From the NCBI GenBank assembly GCA_963804955.1, contig CAWDSQ010000030.1, positions 224,001 to 288,000 on the forward strand: DNA of 64,000 nt. The letters are read 5' to 3'. How positions within the stretch are numbered: the stretch's first letter is position 1; each line of letters opens with the position of its first letter. Shown here piece by piece: positions 13,575 through 24,474 of the stretch. The position numbers and the translations under genes are program-made. The DNA is from an uncultured delta proteobacterium. Its GTDB lineage: Bacteria; Desulfobacterota; WTBG01; CAIYCZ01; CAIRTM01. Below the pieces are notes generated by a model. The model worked only from the letters and a program-made list of their open reading frames with translations, made no database searches and was not told the origin of the DNA.

Positions 13575-13943
13575 ATGATTCAGATGCAGACAAGGCTTGT
13601 GGCTGCTGATAATTCGGGAGCAAAGGAACTGCAGTGTATTAAGGTTCTCGGAGGTTCTCGCCGTCGGTATGCCTATCTTGGCGATGTTATCATCGTCTCC
13701 GTAAAAGAAGCAATACCGAATTCAAAGGTCAAGAAGGGGTCGGTTATGCGTGCGGTTATCGTGCGCACGGCCAAAGAGATTAAGCGGGCTGACGGTACGT
13801 ATATCCGTTTTGACGACAACTCGGCGGTGCTTATAAATAATGTCAATGAGCCTGTTGGCACACGTATTTTTGGCCCTGTCGCCAGAGAGCTGCGTGCCAA
13901 GAATTTCATGAAGATCATATCGCTTGCCCCTGAAGTTGTGTGA
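13575..13943 (+). CDS. rplN: 50S ribosomal protein L14
   Basis: [15 protein letters not shown]. Confidence 0.99.
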   Translation: MIQMQTRLVAADNSGAKELQCIKVLGGSRRRYAYLGDVIIVSVKEAIPNSKVKKGSVMRAVIVRTAKEIKRADGTYIRFDDNSAVLINNVNEPVGTRIFGPVARELRAKNFMKIISLAPEVV

Positions 13944-13970
13944 GCGTTTAGGTAGCGGGAGACAGGAACA

Positions 13971-14303
13971 ATGGTAGAACGATCAAAGCTGCATGTGAAA
14001 AAAGGCGACACGGTCGTCGTGCTTTCCGGTAAGGAAAAAGGGCGATCCGGCAAGGTGTTGTCGGTAAACACCAAGAAGGAAAGAGTGTTTGTCGAAAAGC
14101 TGAATATGATCAAACGACACTCACGGCCCAGTAAAAATGCTCCACAGGGAGGTATCATAGAAAAAGAGGCTTCCCTGCATGTTTCTAATGTGAATATTTT
14201 CTGCCCTAAATGCAGCAAAGCAGTGCGTATTAAGAAGCGAGTGCTTGATGACGGCAAAAAAGTTCGCACATGTGTTAAGTGTAGCGAAATTCTGGATCAG
14301 TAG
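13971..14303 (+). CDS. rplX: 50S ribosomal protein L24
   Basis: KOW motif [15 protein letters not shown]. Confidence 0.97.
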   Translation: MVERSKLHVKKGDTVVVLSGKEKGRSGKVLSVNTKKERVFVEKLNMIKRHSRPSKNAPQGGIIEKEASLHVSNVNIFCPKCSKAVRIKKRVLDDGKKVRTCVKCSEILDQ

Positions 14304-14314
14304 GAGAACGATAC

Positions 14315-14857
14315 ATGAGCCGGCTTAAAGAAAAATATATTAAAGACATCATGCCGCAGATGATGAAGAAATTCGGGTACAAGAATGTCATGCAGGTGCC
14401 CAAAATTGATAAAATCGTTATCAATATGGGGCTTGGTGAGGCAATACAGAATGTCAAGGTTCTGGAAGCTGCGGAGAAGGAGCTTGCTGCAATCACCGGA
14501 CAGAAGCCGGTGATTACCAAAGCGCGCAAGGCGATTGCAAATTTCAAGCTTCGCGAGGGCATGCCTATCGGCTGCAAGGTGACCTTGCGGCACGAGCGGA
14601 TGTATGAGTTTCTTGACCGTCTGCTGAATCTTGCTCTGCCGCGTATTCGTGACTTTAAAGGTGTTTCCGCAAAAGCCTTTGACGGCCGCGGGAACTATGC
14701 CCTGGGGATTCGGGAGCAGATTATTTTCCCTGAGATCGACTATGATAAGATTGATAAAATCAAGGGCATGAACATTGTTATAGCGACGACTGCCAAGAAC
14801 GATGAAGAGGCTAAGGCTCTTCTGCAGTTCATGGGCATGCCCTTTGGTGCTAACTAA
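14315..14857 (+). CDS. rplE: 50S ribosomal protein L5
   Basis: [20 protein letters not shown]. Confidence 0.98.
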   Translation: MSRLKEKYIKDIMPQMMKKFGYKNVMQVPKIDKIVINMGLGEAIQNVKVLEAAEKELAAITGQKPVITKARKAIANFKLREGMPIGCKVTLRHERMYEFLDRLLNLALPRIRDFKGVSAKAFDGRGNYALGIREQIIFPEIDYDKIDKIKGMNIVIATTAKNDEEAKALLQFMGMPFGAN

Positions 14858-14879
14858 GACGTGTTAAGAGGAGAGGTAC

Positions 14880-15065
14880 GTGGCCAAAACATCGCTTATT
14901 GTCAAAGCTCAGCGCACCATGAAATTCAAGGTGCGACAGTATAACCGGTGTCCGATCTGCGGACGCTCACGGGCATACTACCGCAAATTCGATATGTGCA
15001 GGATTTGCCTCAGGAAACTGGCGCTGCGGGGCGATATCCCCGGTGTTATAAAATCGAGTTGGTAA
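14880..15065 (+). CDS. rpsN: 30S ribosomal protein S14, zinc-binding type Z
   Basis: 61 aa with CPIC...CRIC. Confidence 0.97.
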   Translation: MAKTSLIVKAQRTMKFKVRQYNRCPICGRSRAYYRKFDMCRICLRKLALRGDIPGVIKSSW

Positions 15066-15093
15066 AACGTTGTAAGCAAGGAGTACGGCGCAT

Positions 15094-15489
15094 ATGATGA
15101 CTGATCCAATTGCGGATATGCTGACCCGCATACGAAACGCAAACAAGGCAAAGTTCGAGAAGGTTGAGATACCCTCGTCAAAGATCAAGGTGAGTATAGC
15201 CAGGATCCTTAAGGAAGAGGGCTATATTAGAAATTTTTCAGTCGTTACTGATAACAAGCAGGGTGTTCTGCAGATAGCGATGAAGTATGAAGGCAAGGGG
15301 GGGGCGATTATTTCCGAAATTAAGCGGGTATCTAAACCAAGTTGCCGCATGTATGTTGATAAAGACGCCATCCCCATGATTCGCAGCGGTTTAGGCCTGG
15401 CTATTTTGTCGACATCAAAAGGCATTATGACCGACAAAGAAGCGCGCAGGCAGCAGGTTGGCGGCGAAGTTATTTGCACTTTCTGGTAA
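15094..15489 (+). CDS. rpsH: 30S ribosomal protein S8
   Basis: [18 protein letters not shown]. Confidence 0.98.
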   Translation: MMTDPIADMLTRIRNANKAKFEKVEIPSSKIKVSIARILKEEGYIRNFSVVTDNKQGVLQIAMKYEGKGGAIISEIKRVSKPSCRMYVDKDAIPMIRSGLGLAILSTSKGIMTDKEARRQQVGGEVICTFW

Positions 15490-15507
15490 GAATAGGAATA
15501 TAGCATC

Positions 15508-16044
15508 ATGAGCAGAATTGGTAAAAAACCCATTGCTGTACCCAAAGGTGTCAAGGTTCAAAAAGACGGCGACCTGCTAAAGATCGAAGGTCCTAAAGGA
15601 AAGCTTGCTCATACAATTCCGGCGTGCATTACCGTTGAAACGGGGACTGATGAGATACTCGTATCGCGTCCTTCCGACGAACGCAGAGAGCGTTCACTGC
15701 ATGGGTTGACCCGCACCCTGGTTGCAAATATGGTCGAGGGCGTCACACAGGGCTTTAAGCGGGAGCTTGAGGTTGTCGGCATCGGCTATAAAGCTGAAAA
15801 AGCCGGCAAGACGCTGAAGCTTTCCGTAGGCCTCTCCCATGTTATCAGCTTTGACGAACCGGAGGGCATTCTGATTAATGTGGAGAAACAAATAATCAGA
15901 GTTGAAGGAATTGATAAATGCCTTGTTGGTCAGACCGCGTCAAAAATCAGACTGTTTAAGAAGCCTGATGTTTATAAAGGCAAGGGTATCCGCTACGTCG
16001 GTGAAGTTGTGAGAAAGAAAGTTGGCAAGGCCGGTGCTAAGTAA
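15508..16044 (+). CDS. rplF: 50S ribosomal protein L6
   Basis: MSRIGKKPI, YKGKGIRY. Confidence 0.98.
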   Translation: MSRIGKKPIAVPKGVKVQKDGDLLKIEGPKGKLAHTIPACITVETGTDEILVSRPSDERRERSLHGLTRTLVANMVEGVTQGFKRELEVVGIGYKAEKAGKTLKLSVGLSHVISFDEPEGILINVEKQIIRVEGIDKCLVGQTASKIRLFKKPDVYKGKGIRYVGEVVRKKVGKAGAK

Positions 16045-16095
16045 TATCAGGCGCGGCCATGATGTGACCATCTCATAAAGAAAAATGGAGTAAGT

Positions 16096-16464
16096 GTGAA
16101 TCTGCAGCATAAGAAAGAGCTCAACCGGCTCAAACGCAAAAAAAGAATCCGCAGGCATATAATCGGCACCAGCATACGACCGCGGATGACCATTTTTAAA
16201 AGCCTCAATCACTGTTATGTGCAGCTGATTGACGATGAGTCGCAGAAAACAATTGTGGCCGCATCAACGGTCGGCAAGGAACTTAAAAGTTCGCTTGCGC
16301 AGACCGGGAACACAGAGGCTGCGCGCAAACTGGGTCACGTGATAGCCGAAAAAGCTATGGCGATGAATATTACCTCTGTTGTGTTTGATCGTAACGGATT
16401 TCTGTATCATGGGCGCGTCAAAGCTTTAGCTGAAGGGGCCCGTGAAAAAGGCCTGCAATTTTAA
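16096..16464 (+). CDS. rplR: 50S ribosomal protein L18
   Basis: VVFDRNGFLYHGRVKALAEGAR. Confidence 0.98.
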   Translation: MNLQHKKELNRLKRKKRIRRHIIGTSIRPRMTIFKSLNHCYVQLIDDESQKTIVAASTVGKELKSSLAQTGNTEAARKLGHVIAEKAMAMNITSVVFDRNGFLYHGRVKALAEGAREKGLQF

Positions 16465-16476
16465 GGAGGAACTGTC

Positions 16477-16971
16477 TTGGTGTACGAGAGCGATCAAGAA
16501 TCCAATCTTACGGATAAGGTAGTACATATAAACCGTGTTGCCAAGGTTGTTAAGGGCGGTCGGCGCTTTAGTTTCAGCGCACTTGTTGTTGTCGGCGATG
16601 GCAATGGCCAGGTCGGGTGCGGATTGGGCAAAGCGCGTGAAGTGCCTGAGGCAATACGCAAGGCCATTGAACATGCCAAACGCAATATGATTAATTTCCC
16701 GCTTATTGACGGGACCATCCCCCACGAAGTGATTGGGGCGCACTGCTCCGGGCGCGTATTCATGAAGCCGGCTTCTCAGGGAACAGGCATCATAGCCGGC
16801 GGGGCTGTCCGGTCGGTCATTGAAGTTTCAGGTATTAAGAATATACTGACAAAGTGCCTCAGGACCAATAATCCGCATAATGTGCTCAAGGCGACAATCG
16901 ATGGTCTGAAGCACCTGCAGCATGCCGATGAGCGCAGAAGAAAGCTTGGCCCAATAGAGCGGTTGTTGTAA
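16477..16971 (+). CDS. rpsE: 30S ribosomal protein S5
   Basis: [16 protein letters not shown]. Confidence 0.98.
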   Translation: MVYESDQESNLTDKVVHINRVAKVVKGGRRFSFSALVVVGDGNGQVGCGLGKAREVPEAIRKAIEHAKRNMINFPLIDGTIPHEVIGAHCSGRVFMKPASQGTGIIAGGAVRSVIEVSGIKNILTKCLRTNNPHNVLKATIDGLKHLQHADERRRKLGPIERLL

Positions 16972-17011
16972 ATAAAAATTAAGGCTTTTCAGATAAGCAG
17001 AGGATGTTTTA

Positions 17012-17458
17012 ATGGATCTTAGTAGCTTACACCCGAATAAGGGCGCTGTAAAAAGCAGAAAACGAGTCGGTCGCGGTCCTGGTTCAGGCCATGGCAAGAC
17101 ATCCTGCCGCGGTCATAAGGGGCAGAAAGCCAGAACCGGATCCGGCGGGTTTAACGGATTTGAAGGCGGGCAGATGCCGTTGCAGCGCCGGTTGCCCAAG
17201 CGCGGATTTACTAATATTTTCAAAAAAGAGTATGCGCTTGTTCAGGTTAAGGATCTTAATACTTTTGAGAAAGACAGCGTCATTGATGCTGCTGTTTTAG
17301 TTAAGTGCGGTTTGGTTAGAAAAGTCTGCGATGGCATTAAGCTGCTTGGCAAGGGGGAAATCGACAGGCCGCTGACGCTTAAGGTTCACAAATGGAGCCA
17401 GAGCGCTTATGCCAAGATTATCGCAGCTGGCGGAGTAGAGGGGATAGAGGGGATATAA
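17012..17458 (+). CDS. rplO: 50S ribosomal protein L15
   Basis: RVGRGPGSG, FEGGQMPL. Confidence 0.98.
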   Translation: MDLSSLHPNKGAVKSRKRVGRGPGSGHGKTSCRGHKGQKARTGSGGFNGFEGGQMPLQRRLPKRGFTNIFKKEYALVQVKDLNTFEKDSVIDAAVLVKCGLVRKVCDGIKLLGKGEIDRPLTLKVHKWSQSAYAKIIAAGGVEGIEGI

Positions 17459-18792
17459 GTGGTCGGCGGTTTTCAGAATATTCCAAAAATTCCAGAGCTG
17501 AGAAAGCGGCTTCTTGCCACTTTTATTCTTCTGGCGGTGTATAGGATCTGCGTACACATACCTACCCCGGGCATTGACGGGAAGGCGCTTGGCTGCTTTT
17601 TTTGCCCGTACCAAGGGGACGCTGCTTGGCTTGGTTGACATGTTTTCCGGCGGCGCTTTCGAGCAAATGTCGATAGTGGCCCTTGGCATAATGCCCTATA
17701 TCAGCGCGTCAATTATTCTCCAGCTGCTTACGGTTGTTGTGCCCTATCTGGAAAAGCTTAAAAAAGAAGGCGAGGCGGGACGCAAAAAAATCACGCAATA
17801 CACCCGCTATGGAACTGTCGGCCTGAGTATTATTCAGGGATTTGGTATTGCAGTCGGCCTTGAGCGTATGACCGGGCCCGGCGGAAGTCCGATAGTCATA
17901 GACCCGGGCTGGGGGTTTAGAATCATTACGGTTATAACGCTGACCGCAGGAACAGCTTTTCTCATGTGGCTCGGTGAGCAGATAACTGAGCGCGGCATCG
18001 GCAATGGTATCTCGCTGATCATTTTTGCCGGTATAGTGTGCAGGTTGCCCGCGGCAGCAAGTACTACTCTACAGCTCATGCAGACAGGTGAAATGGGGCC
18101 TGTGACTATACTGTTTATTGTTGCGCTTATGGTGCTGGTTATCGGCTGCATTATTTTTATAGAACGTTCACAGCGGCGCATACCGGTGCAGTACCCTAAG
18201 CGGGTAGTTGGCAGAAAAGTGTATGGAGGGCAGAGTACGCATTTGCCTTTAAAAATTAATACAGCAGGTGTTATACCTCCAATTTTTGCATCTTCAATTC
18301 TTATGTTTCCGCTGACGATTGCGCAGTTTATTTCAACAGAAACACTTGAAGCCTATCCCTGGATTGATAGCTATAATAAATAGTCTTGGTCCTGGCGCTG
18401 TAGCCTATAATGTGCTGTATGTCGCTTTTATAGTCTTTTTTGCTTACTTTTACACAGCAGTAACTTTTAATCCTGTTGATATTGCCGATAACATGAAGAA
18501 GCAGGGCGGGTATATTCCTGGCATACGGCCGGGCAAAAAGACCGCTGAGCATATTGACTGGGTTTTGACACGAATCACCTGTATCGGCGCAATTTATATT
18601 TCTGTTGTTTGCGTTTTGCCGACAATACTGATCAGCAAGTTCAACATACCTTTTTATTTTGGCGGTACGGCACTGCTAATCGTTGTTGGTGTGGCTCTTG
18701 ATACGATTGGTCAGATAGAATCTCATATGCTTGTCCGTCATTATGACGGTTTTTTGAATAAAGGGCAGATTGGCGGAAGAGTCCGCAGGTAG
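17459..18792 (+). CDS. secY: Preprotein translocase SecY (frameshifts at ~17590 and ~18365)
   Basis: GTG start reading [54 protein letters not shown] spread over three frames. Confidence 0.95.
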
Positions 18793-18827
18793 TACATGTC
18801 AGCAGCAACGGCAGCTATACAGGTTTT

Positions 18828-19046
18828 ATGGCGCGAGATGATTTAATCGAACTTGAAGGCGAGGTTCTTGAAACACTTCCCAATGCGATGTTCTGGGTGA
18901 AGCTTACGAATGGCCATAAATCGCTTGCCACCATATCCGGCAAAATGCGAATGCATTATATAAAAATATTGCCTGGCGATAAGGTTACCGTACAGTTTTC
19001 TCCATATGACCTTAATCGAGGCAGAATAACCTATCGGGCAAAGTAA
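18828..19046 (+). CDS. infA: Translation initiation factor IF-1
   Basis: [26 protein letters not shown]. Confidence 0.98.
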   Translation: MARDDLIELEGEVLETLPNAMFWVKLTNGHKSLATISGKMRMHYIKILPGDKVTVQFSPYDLNRGRITYRAK

Positions 19047-19073
19047 CTAAGTGAGCATAAAAGGTAAGAGGTT

Positions 19074-19187
19074 ATGAAAGTACGTTCTTCGGTTAAAAAA
19101 ATTTGTGACAAGTGCAAGATTATAAAGAGAAAAGGCGTCGTCAGGGTTATTTGCGATAATCCAAAACATAAGCAGCGCCAGGGTTAA
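19074..19187 (+). CDS. rpmJ: 50S ribosomal protein L36 (not in ORF track)
   Basis: Manual translation [37 protein letters not shown]. Confidence 0.97.
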   Translation: MKVRSSVKKICDKCKIIKRKGVVRVICDNPKHKQRQG

Positions 19188-19217
19188 TGAATTTACTTGT
19201 AAGAAAAGGAGTAGAAC

Positions 19218-19599
19218 GTGCCAAGAATCGCGGGCGTTGATGTGCCAAAACAGAAACAGATCTGTATAGCATTAACTTATATATACGGTATCGGTCCGTT
19301 ACACGGCGAAACAAATTCTCCAAACCATCGATATCGATCCGACAAGGCGGGCGGGGACACTTTCTGAGCAGGAAGTGGCAAAGATTCAAAACATGATCTT
19401 TGCTGATTGCAAAACCGAAGGTGATCTTCGCAAGGAAGTTTCCATGAACATCAAGCGGCTCATGGAGATCGGTGCATACCGCGGGCTGCGCCACCGCAGG
19501 GGCCTGCCGGTGCATGGCCAGCGAACGCATACGAACGCTCGTACGCGTAAAGGTCCACGCCGCGCAATACAGGGCAAAAAGAAAACACCGACAAAATAA
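19218..19599 (+). CDS. rpsM: 30S ribosomal protein S13 (+1 frameshift ~19296)
   Basis: PRIAGVD...ALTYIYGIG, then [26 protein letters not shown]. Confidence 0.95.
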
Positions 19600-19629
19600 G
19601 GTGAATCAATTAAACGATAGAGGAAACTG

Positions 19630-20022
19630 ATGGCTGGCAAGAAAAAGATTATACGCAAGAAAAAGGAAAAGAAGAACATCCCCAATGGGATTGCGCACAT
19701 TCAGGCCACGTTTAACAATACCATCATAACCATTACCGATGTGATAGGCAATGTGATAGCCTGGTCAAGCGCTGGTACTGCAGGGTTTAAGGGGTCCCGC
19801 AAGAGTACACCATTTGCTGCCAGTCAGGCTGCTGAGGATGTGGCAAAAAAAGCCAGAGAAAATGGCGTTAAAAACATTGAGGTCCTTGTGCGCGGCCCTG
19901 GTTCCGGGCGGGAAGCTGCCATACGTTCTCTGCAGTCCAGCGGCCTCAATATATCATTGATTCGCGATCAGACCCCGATCCCTCATAACGGCTGTCGCCA
20001 GCCAAAACGCAGAAGAGTCTGA
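19630..20022 (+). CDS. rpsK: 30S ribosomal protein S11
   Basis: [16 protein letters not shown]. Confidence 0.98.
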   Translation: MAGKKKIIRKKKEKKNIPNGIAHIQATFNNTIITITDVIGNVIAWSSAGTAGFKGSRKSTPFAASQAAEDVAKKARENGVKNIEVLVRGPGSGREAAIRSLQSSGLNISLIRDQTPIPHNGCRQPKRRRV

Positions 20023-20068
20023 TGGCTACCGCTAACGTGTACTGGTTTCATAAGAAAGGAGATTTCCT

Positions 20069-20696
20069 TTGGCTCGATATATAGGATCAAAATGCAGGCT
20101 TTGCCGCAGAGAAAACACCAAGCTCTTTCTGAAGGGAGAGCGTTGCTATACTGATTCATGTGCATTTGACAGACGGCAGTACGCTCCCGGGCAGCATGGT
20201 CAGAACCGCGCTAAGTTTTCCGCATATGGTGAGCAGTTGCGGGAAAAGCAGAAGGTGAAACGTATTTACGGCGTGCTGGAAAAACAGTTTCGGAATTATT
20301 TTCACAAGGCTGCACAGAAAAGGGGCGTTACCGGCGAGAACCTGATCGAGATGCTGGAAAGCAGGCTGGATAATATGCTGTACCGCCTGGGCTTTGCTAC
20401 TTCCAGGACTGAAGCACGGCAGCTGATCCGGCATCGGCATTTTGCGGTAAACAACCGCCAGGTTGATATACCTTCGTATCTTGTCAAGATAGGTGATGTT
20501 ATTCAGGTGCGTGAGAAAAGCAGATCCATAGCACGCATCAAAGAATCGGTTGAGACCGCTAAGCAGCGAGGCATTCCAGGCTGGGTTGAAGTTGATGCTG
20601 AGCAATTTTCAGGGCAAAATAATTGCCTTGCCCAAACGTGAAGAAATAACGATGCCGATAAAAGAACAGCTTATTGTCGAGCTATACAGTAAATAA
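20069..20696 (+). CDS. rpsD: 30S ribosomal protein S4 (+1 frameshift ~20615)
   Basis: QLREKQK, LESRLDN; C-terminal [10 protein letters not shown] in the next frame. Confidence 0.95.
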
Positions 20697-20734
20697 TTCA
20701 CATACAACATAACAGTTGCTGAAGGTGAGGTGCT

Positions 20735-21793
20735 ATGCGTCGCATGTGGCAGACCATTATAAGACCAAAACGGCTCGAGGTTGATGAGGAGACACTCTCC
20801 CCGACTTACGGGAAGTTTGTGGCTGAGCCATTCGAAAGAGGGTTTGGAATAACGATTGGCAATGCGCTTCGTCGGGTGCTGTATATCGTCAACTCAGGGA
20901 GCAGCTATTACAGCAGTTCGCATAGACGGCATTCTGCACGAGTTTTCTACTGTCCCCGGGGTCAAGGAAGACGTTACCGAAATTATTATGAATCTTAAGG
21001 AAGTTGAGCTCAAGCTCAACTCCGATGGGCCGGAAAAGATTTATATTAAAGCAAAAGGTGACGGGATCGTGACCGCCGGCGATATCACTACCAATAATAA
21101 TGTGGAAATATTGAACCCCGACGCAGCATATAGCCACGCTTTCACATGATGCCAAGCTTGTCTATTGAAATGACTGTGCAGGCCGGCACCGGCTATCTTC
21201 CTGCCGATAAAAGCCGTGATGAAAACGCACCCATCGGAACGATACCGATTGATGCCATTTTCAGCCCTATCAAGAGAGTTAATTTTAATGTCAATTATGC
21301 GCGTGTCGGGCAGATGACCGACTATGAAAGGCTGACTCTTGAGGTGTGGACAGATGGATCCATAGCCCCGGAGGATGCAATTGCGTTTGCTGCAAAAATT
21401 CTCCAGAATCAGTTGAAGCTTTTTATTAATTTTGAAGATGAAATTGAGGTCCTGCCAAAGGCAGAGCCGACCAGGCAGCGGTTTAACGATAATTTGTACA
21501 GGAGTATCGATGAACTTGAGCTCTCGGTCCGCTCATCAAACTGTCTGAGAAATGCAAACATTCGATATATCTGGGAGCTGGTAACGCGGACAGAACCCGA
21601 AATGCTGAAGACGAAAAACTTCGGTCGCAAGTCACTCAATGAGATTAAGGAAATACTGTCTGAGATGGGATTGACCTTAGGCATGAAGCTTGACGGTTTT
21701 GAGCCCCCATCCCGCCGCGACGATGATCTCGACGATATTGATGATTCTGATGAACTGCTTGACGATGACCAGGAAATTGATGACGAAGAGTAA
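20735..21793 (+). CDS. rpoA: RNA polymerase alpha subunit (several frameshifts; acidic C-terminal tail)
   Basis: [52 protein letters not shown]. Confidence 0.95.
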
Positions 21794-21826
21794 TCTGATT
21801 GACATTACTATTTAGGATGCTGAAGC

Positions 21827-22369
21827 ATGAGACATTTAAAGGCGAATAAAAAACTGGGCATGGATTCCAGCCACCGCAAGGCTGTGCTGAGAAATATGGT
21901 GACATCGCTCATTGAACATGAACGTATCAAGACAACAGATACGCGGGCAAAAGAATTGCGCCGTATAGCCGAAAGAATGGTAACCCTTGGCAAGCGTGGC
22001 GACCTGCATGCGCTCCGGCAGACCATGGAGGTAATCCGTGTAAAAAGTGTTGCAACGAAGCTTTTTGAAGATATCGCACCCCGCTATAAGGACATCAATG
22101 GCGGGTATACGCGCATTATCAAAATCGGCCATCGGCATGGCGACAATGCACCCCTTTCCATAATCGAATTTACTGTCCAGAAACAGGAAGAAAAGAAAGA
22201 ACCAAAGAAAGAAGCAAAGAAAGAACCAAAGAAGAAGCAAAAAAACGCAAAGAAAGAAACAAAGAAAGAAGCAAAGAAAGAATCAAGAAAGAAGCAAAGA
22301 AAGAAGTCAGAAAAAGTCAAAAAGTCTGTTGAAAAGAAAGCAAAAGCTTCTTCCAAGGAAAAAGCCTGA
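21827..22369 (+). CDS. rplQ: 50S ribosomal protein L17 with Lys/Glu-rich extension
   Basis: [21 protein letters not shown]. Confidence 0.97.
   Translation: MRHLKANKKLGMDSSHRKAVLRNMVTSLIEHERIKTTDTRAKELRRIAERMVTLGKRGDLHALRQTMEVIRVKSVATKLFEDIAPRYKDINGGYTRIIKIGHRHGDNAPLSIIEFTVQKQEEKKEPKKEAKKEPKKKQKNAKKETKKEAKKESRKKQRKKSEKVKKSVEKKAKASSKEKA
22193..22308 (+). repeat. Imperfect 12-bp tandem repeat AAGAAAGAANCA (KKEx) in the rplQ tail
   Basis: aagaaagaacca/aagaaagaagca/aagaaagaaaca units read directly. Confidence 0.85.
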
Positions 22370-22390
22370 ACTGACGAACTGTTTGCACTG

Positions 22391-22428
22391 AAAGGGGTTA
22401 TCCGAGTACTTCGGTTAACCCCTTTTTT
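22391..22428 (+). terminator. Rho-independent terminator ending the ribosomal superoperon
   Basis: aaaggggtta-tccgagtacttcgg-ttaacccc followed by a T run. Confidence 0.85.
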
Positions 22429-22490
22429 ATTGCGTTCAAGCAGTGGCTTGACTATAATATTTTGTAAATTATGCTATTATAACTTAGCAT

Positions 22491-22895
22491 ATGAGCTTAA
22501 AGCAGGTTGATCGACTCTACAGGAAAATGATTGTGTATGATTCGGCATGCACCGGCAGAATCAATTCCGGTGTCCGTTCAGAATTGTTCCATGTTATTAT
22601 GGATGATATTGATCGCCTTCAGAAGAAGGCCCTGCGTTTGCCCCCCGAGTCTGAGCAGTACCGGTCGCTTGATAGCGAGATACGGAAACTGCTTTTGAAA
22701 GAGATACAGATCATTATAGATGATTATATGATTTCGCAGCAGCAGGGGACGCTTGATCTCTGGAATCGCATGTATGGAGATATAAAACACTATATCAGAA
22801 ATTTTTATCTTTATAGTAAGGGTGAGCTTAACGAGTCTGATGAGCAGGTCATGGACCGATACGGTTTTTATATGGACGATGCAACCCGAGCGTAA
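22491..22895 (+). CDS. Hypothetical protein
   Basis: 134-aa ORF filling the gap before cobB; no recognised motif. Confidence 0.65.
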   Translation: MSLKQVDRLYRKMIVYDSACTGRINSGVRSELFHVIMDDIDRLQKKALRLPPESEQYRSLDSEIRKLLLKEIQIIIDDYMISQQQGTLDLWNRMYGDIKHYIRNFYLYSKGELNESDEQVMDRYGFYMDDATRA

Positions 22896-22902
22896 AGGAG
22901 GC

Positions 22903-23682
22903 ATGCTGCCGATGGTAACCGATCAGGATGTCGATAAACTTGCTGCTAGCATCATACATGCAAAAAAGGTGGTTGCTCTGTGCGGCGCCGGCATGTCGGT
23001 TGAGAGCGGAATAGCATCCTTTAGAGGCAGGGGAGGGCTCTGGGAGAAATACGATCCCGAGGAGTACGGCCACATACATACGCTTCGCCATCATCCCGAA
23101 AAAGCCTGGATCATGCTCAGGGAAATGTCGCGCGAAATCATGAAGGCCAAGCCCAACAGCGGGCATCTGGCCCTTGCAGAGCTTGAGCAGCTGGGCTGCC
23201 TCAGCTCCATTATAACGCAGAATGTCGATGGCCTGCATCATGTGGCCGGCAACAAAAATGTGATCGAGTTTCACGGCAATATGCAGTCGGTTGTGTGTAT
23301 GGACTGCGGCGATCGGCAGCCGATGCCGGCCATCAACATAGATGACAGCCCGCCGCGGTGCAAAAAGTGCCGGGGCGCCTATAAGCCAGACGCTGTTTTT
23401 TTCGGCGAAGCCATCCCTTCAGATGCGCTTACCCGTTCGCACTTTGATTCCAGAACCTGCAGCCTCATGCTGGTAATAGGAACATCGGCCCTCGTGTATC
23501 CGGCAGCGACAATGCCGGAAATTGCTAGCAGTTCAGGGGCAGAGGTTGTTGAGATTAATCCTGCGGAAACACCTCTTACGGCAAGCCATATTTCAAACTA
23601 TATTTTAAAAGGACCTTCAGGAGAAGTGCTCGCCCGTGTTACGGCCCGCGTGAAGGAGTTGCTTAAGGCTGCACGCCGGTGA
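22903..23682 (+). CDS. cobB: NAD-dependent protein deacylase (sirtuin, CobB type)
   Basis: GAGMSVESGI, TQNVDGLH, HG, CxxC..CxxC, GTS, EIN; SD aaggagg. Confidence 0.92.
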   Translation: MLPMVTDQDVDKLAASIIHAKKVVALCGAGMSVESGIASFRGRGGLWEKYDPEEYGHIHTLRHHPEKAWIMLREMSREIMKAKPNSGHLALAELEQLGCLSSIITQNVDGLHHVAGNKNVIEFHGNMQSVVCMDCGDRQPMPAINIDDSPPRCKKCRGAYKPDAVFFGEAIPSDALTRSHFDSRTCSLMLVIGTSALVYPAATMPEIASSSGAEVVEINPAETPLTASHISNYILKGPSGEVLARVTARVKELLKAARR

Positions 23683-23821
23683 ATTTATTGTTCTACGAAA
23701 AATATTGACGGTTAACAGATTTTAACCTTTGTCCGATTTTTTCATGCAGAGCACAACCTAAAGACGCGCCCATAGGGGCTAATAAAAAGAGTATTATTGG
23801 CAATGCAATCGTATATATTCC

Positions 23822-24336
23822 CTAAGCAAGTATTGAATGTCCAAAGGCAACTTTTAAAACTTCAAAAATTAAAATCCCTGCTGTAAAACCCAGTAGGGCG
23901 CCGCCGACACAAAACAGCTTACCGGAAAAACTATCCTTCACACCTGGGAAATAGCCCAAGATGCTTCTACTCTGTTTGTCTGCCGGATAGATATATTCTG
24001 CATCCGTGAAGTCCCACATGAAATGTTCAAGCCATGATTCAAAGTCGTTCCACCTAAGGGGATACTCTTGGCTTTGGAACGGGCACGTGCTTGCTTTTCG
24101 GCTGCAACACGTTGTGCTGGATAGTCATATTGATTGTTTCGGGCATAATCATAATGCATGCGTATGCACGGATATGACAGCACTTCCCAAACTTCGTTTA
24201 TCAGGAGCATTCTTTCATGCGCCCCGCCGTGATCCGGATGACATTCAACGGCACGCTTGCAATATGCATTTTTGATATCCTGCATGCCGAGGATTTCATA
24301 ATAGTCAAAATTCATGCCGTACTCCTGATTAAACAT
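23822..24336 (-). pseudogene. Degenerate DnaJ (J-domain) membrane protein
   Basis: DYYEILG...IKNAY...HPD...INE with a shortened helix and a frameshift to a hydrophobic C-terminus. Confidence 0.6.
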
Positions 24337-24474
24337 TTCTTCTATTTATAGCTGCTGGTTTTGTCATCCAAGGTCAAAAAGAAATTTTTTCTTTTTAGGT
24401 TCCCTTAAAGAGCTTTTCAAAACAAAACCCGCATGGTATGAATCAGACTAATTGTTTTTAAGAGAAATATTTTA

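Noticed and set aside
1030..21200. Programmed frameshifting or split rpoB, secY, rpoA, rpsD, rpsM
   Set aside because: Many unrelated genes show the same lesions with no shared slippery motif; sequencing error is simpler.
22903..23682. Sirtuin as a defence NADase beside the island
   Set aside because: It has canonical CobB length, Zn-binding cysteines and host-like composition.
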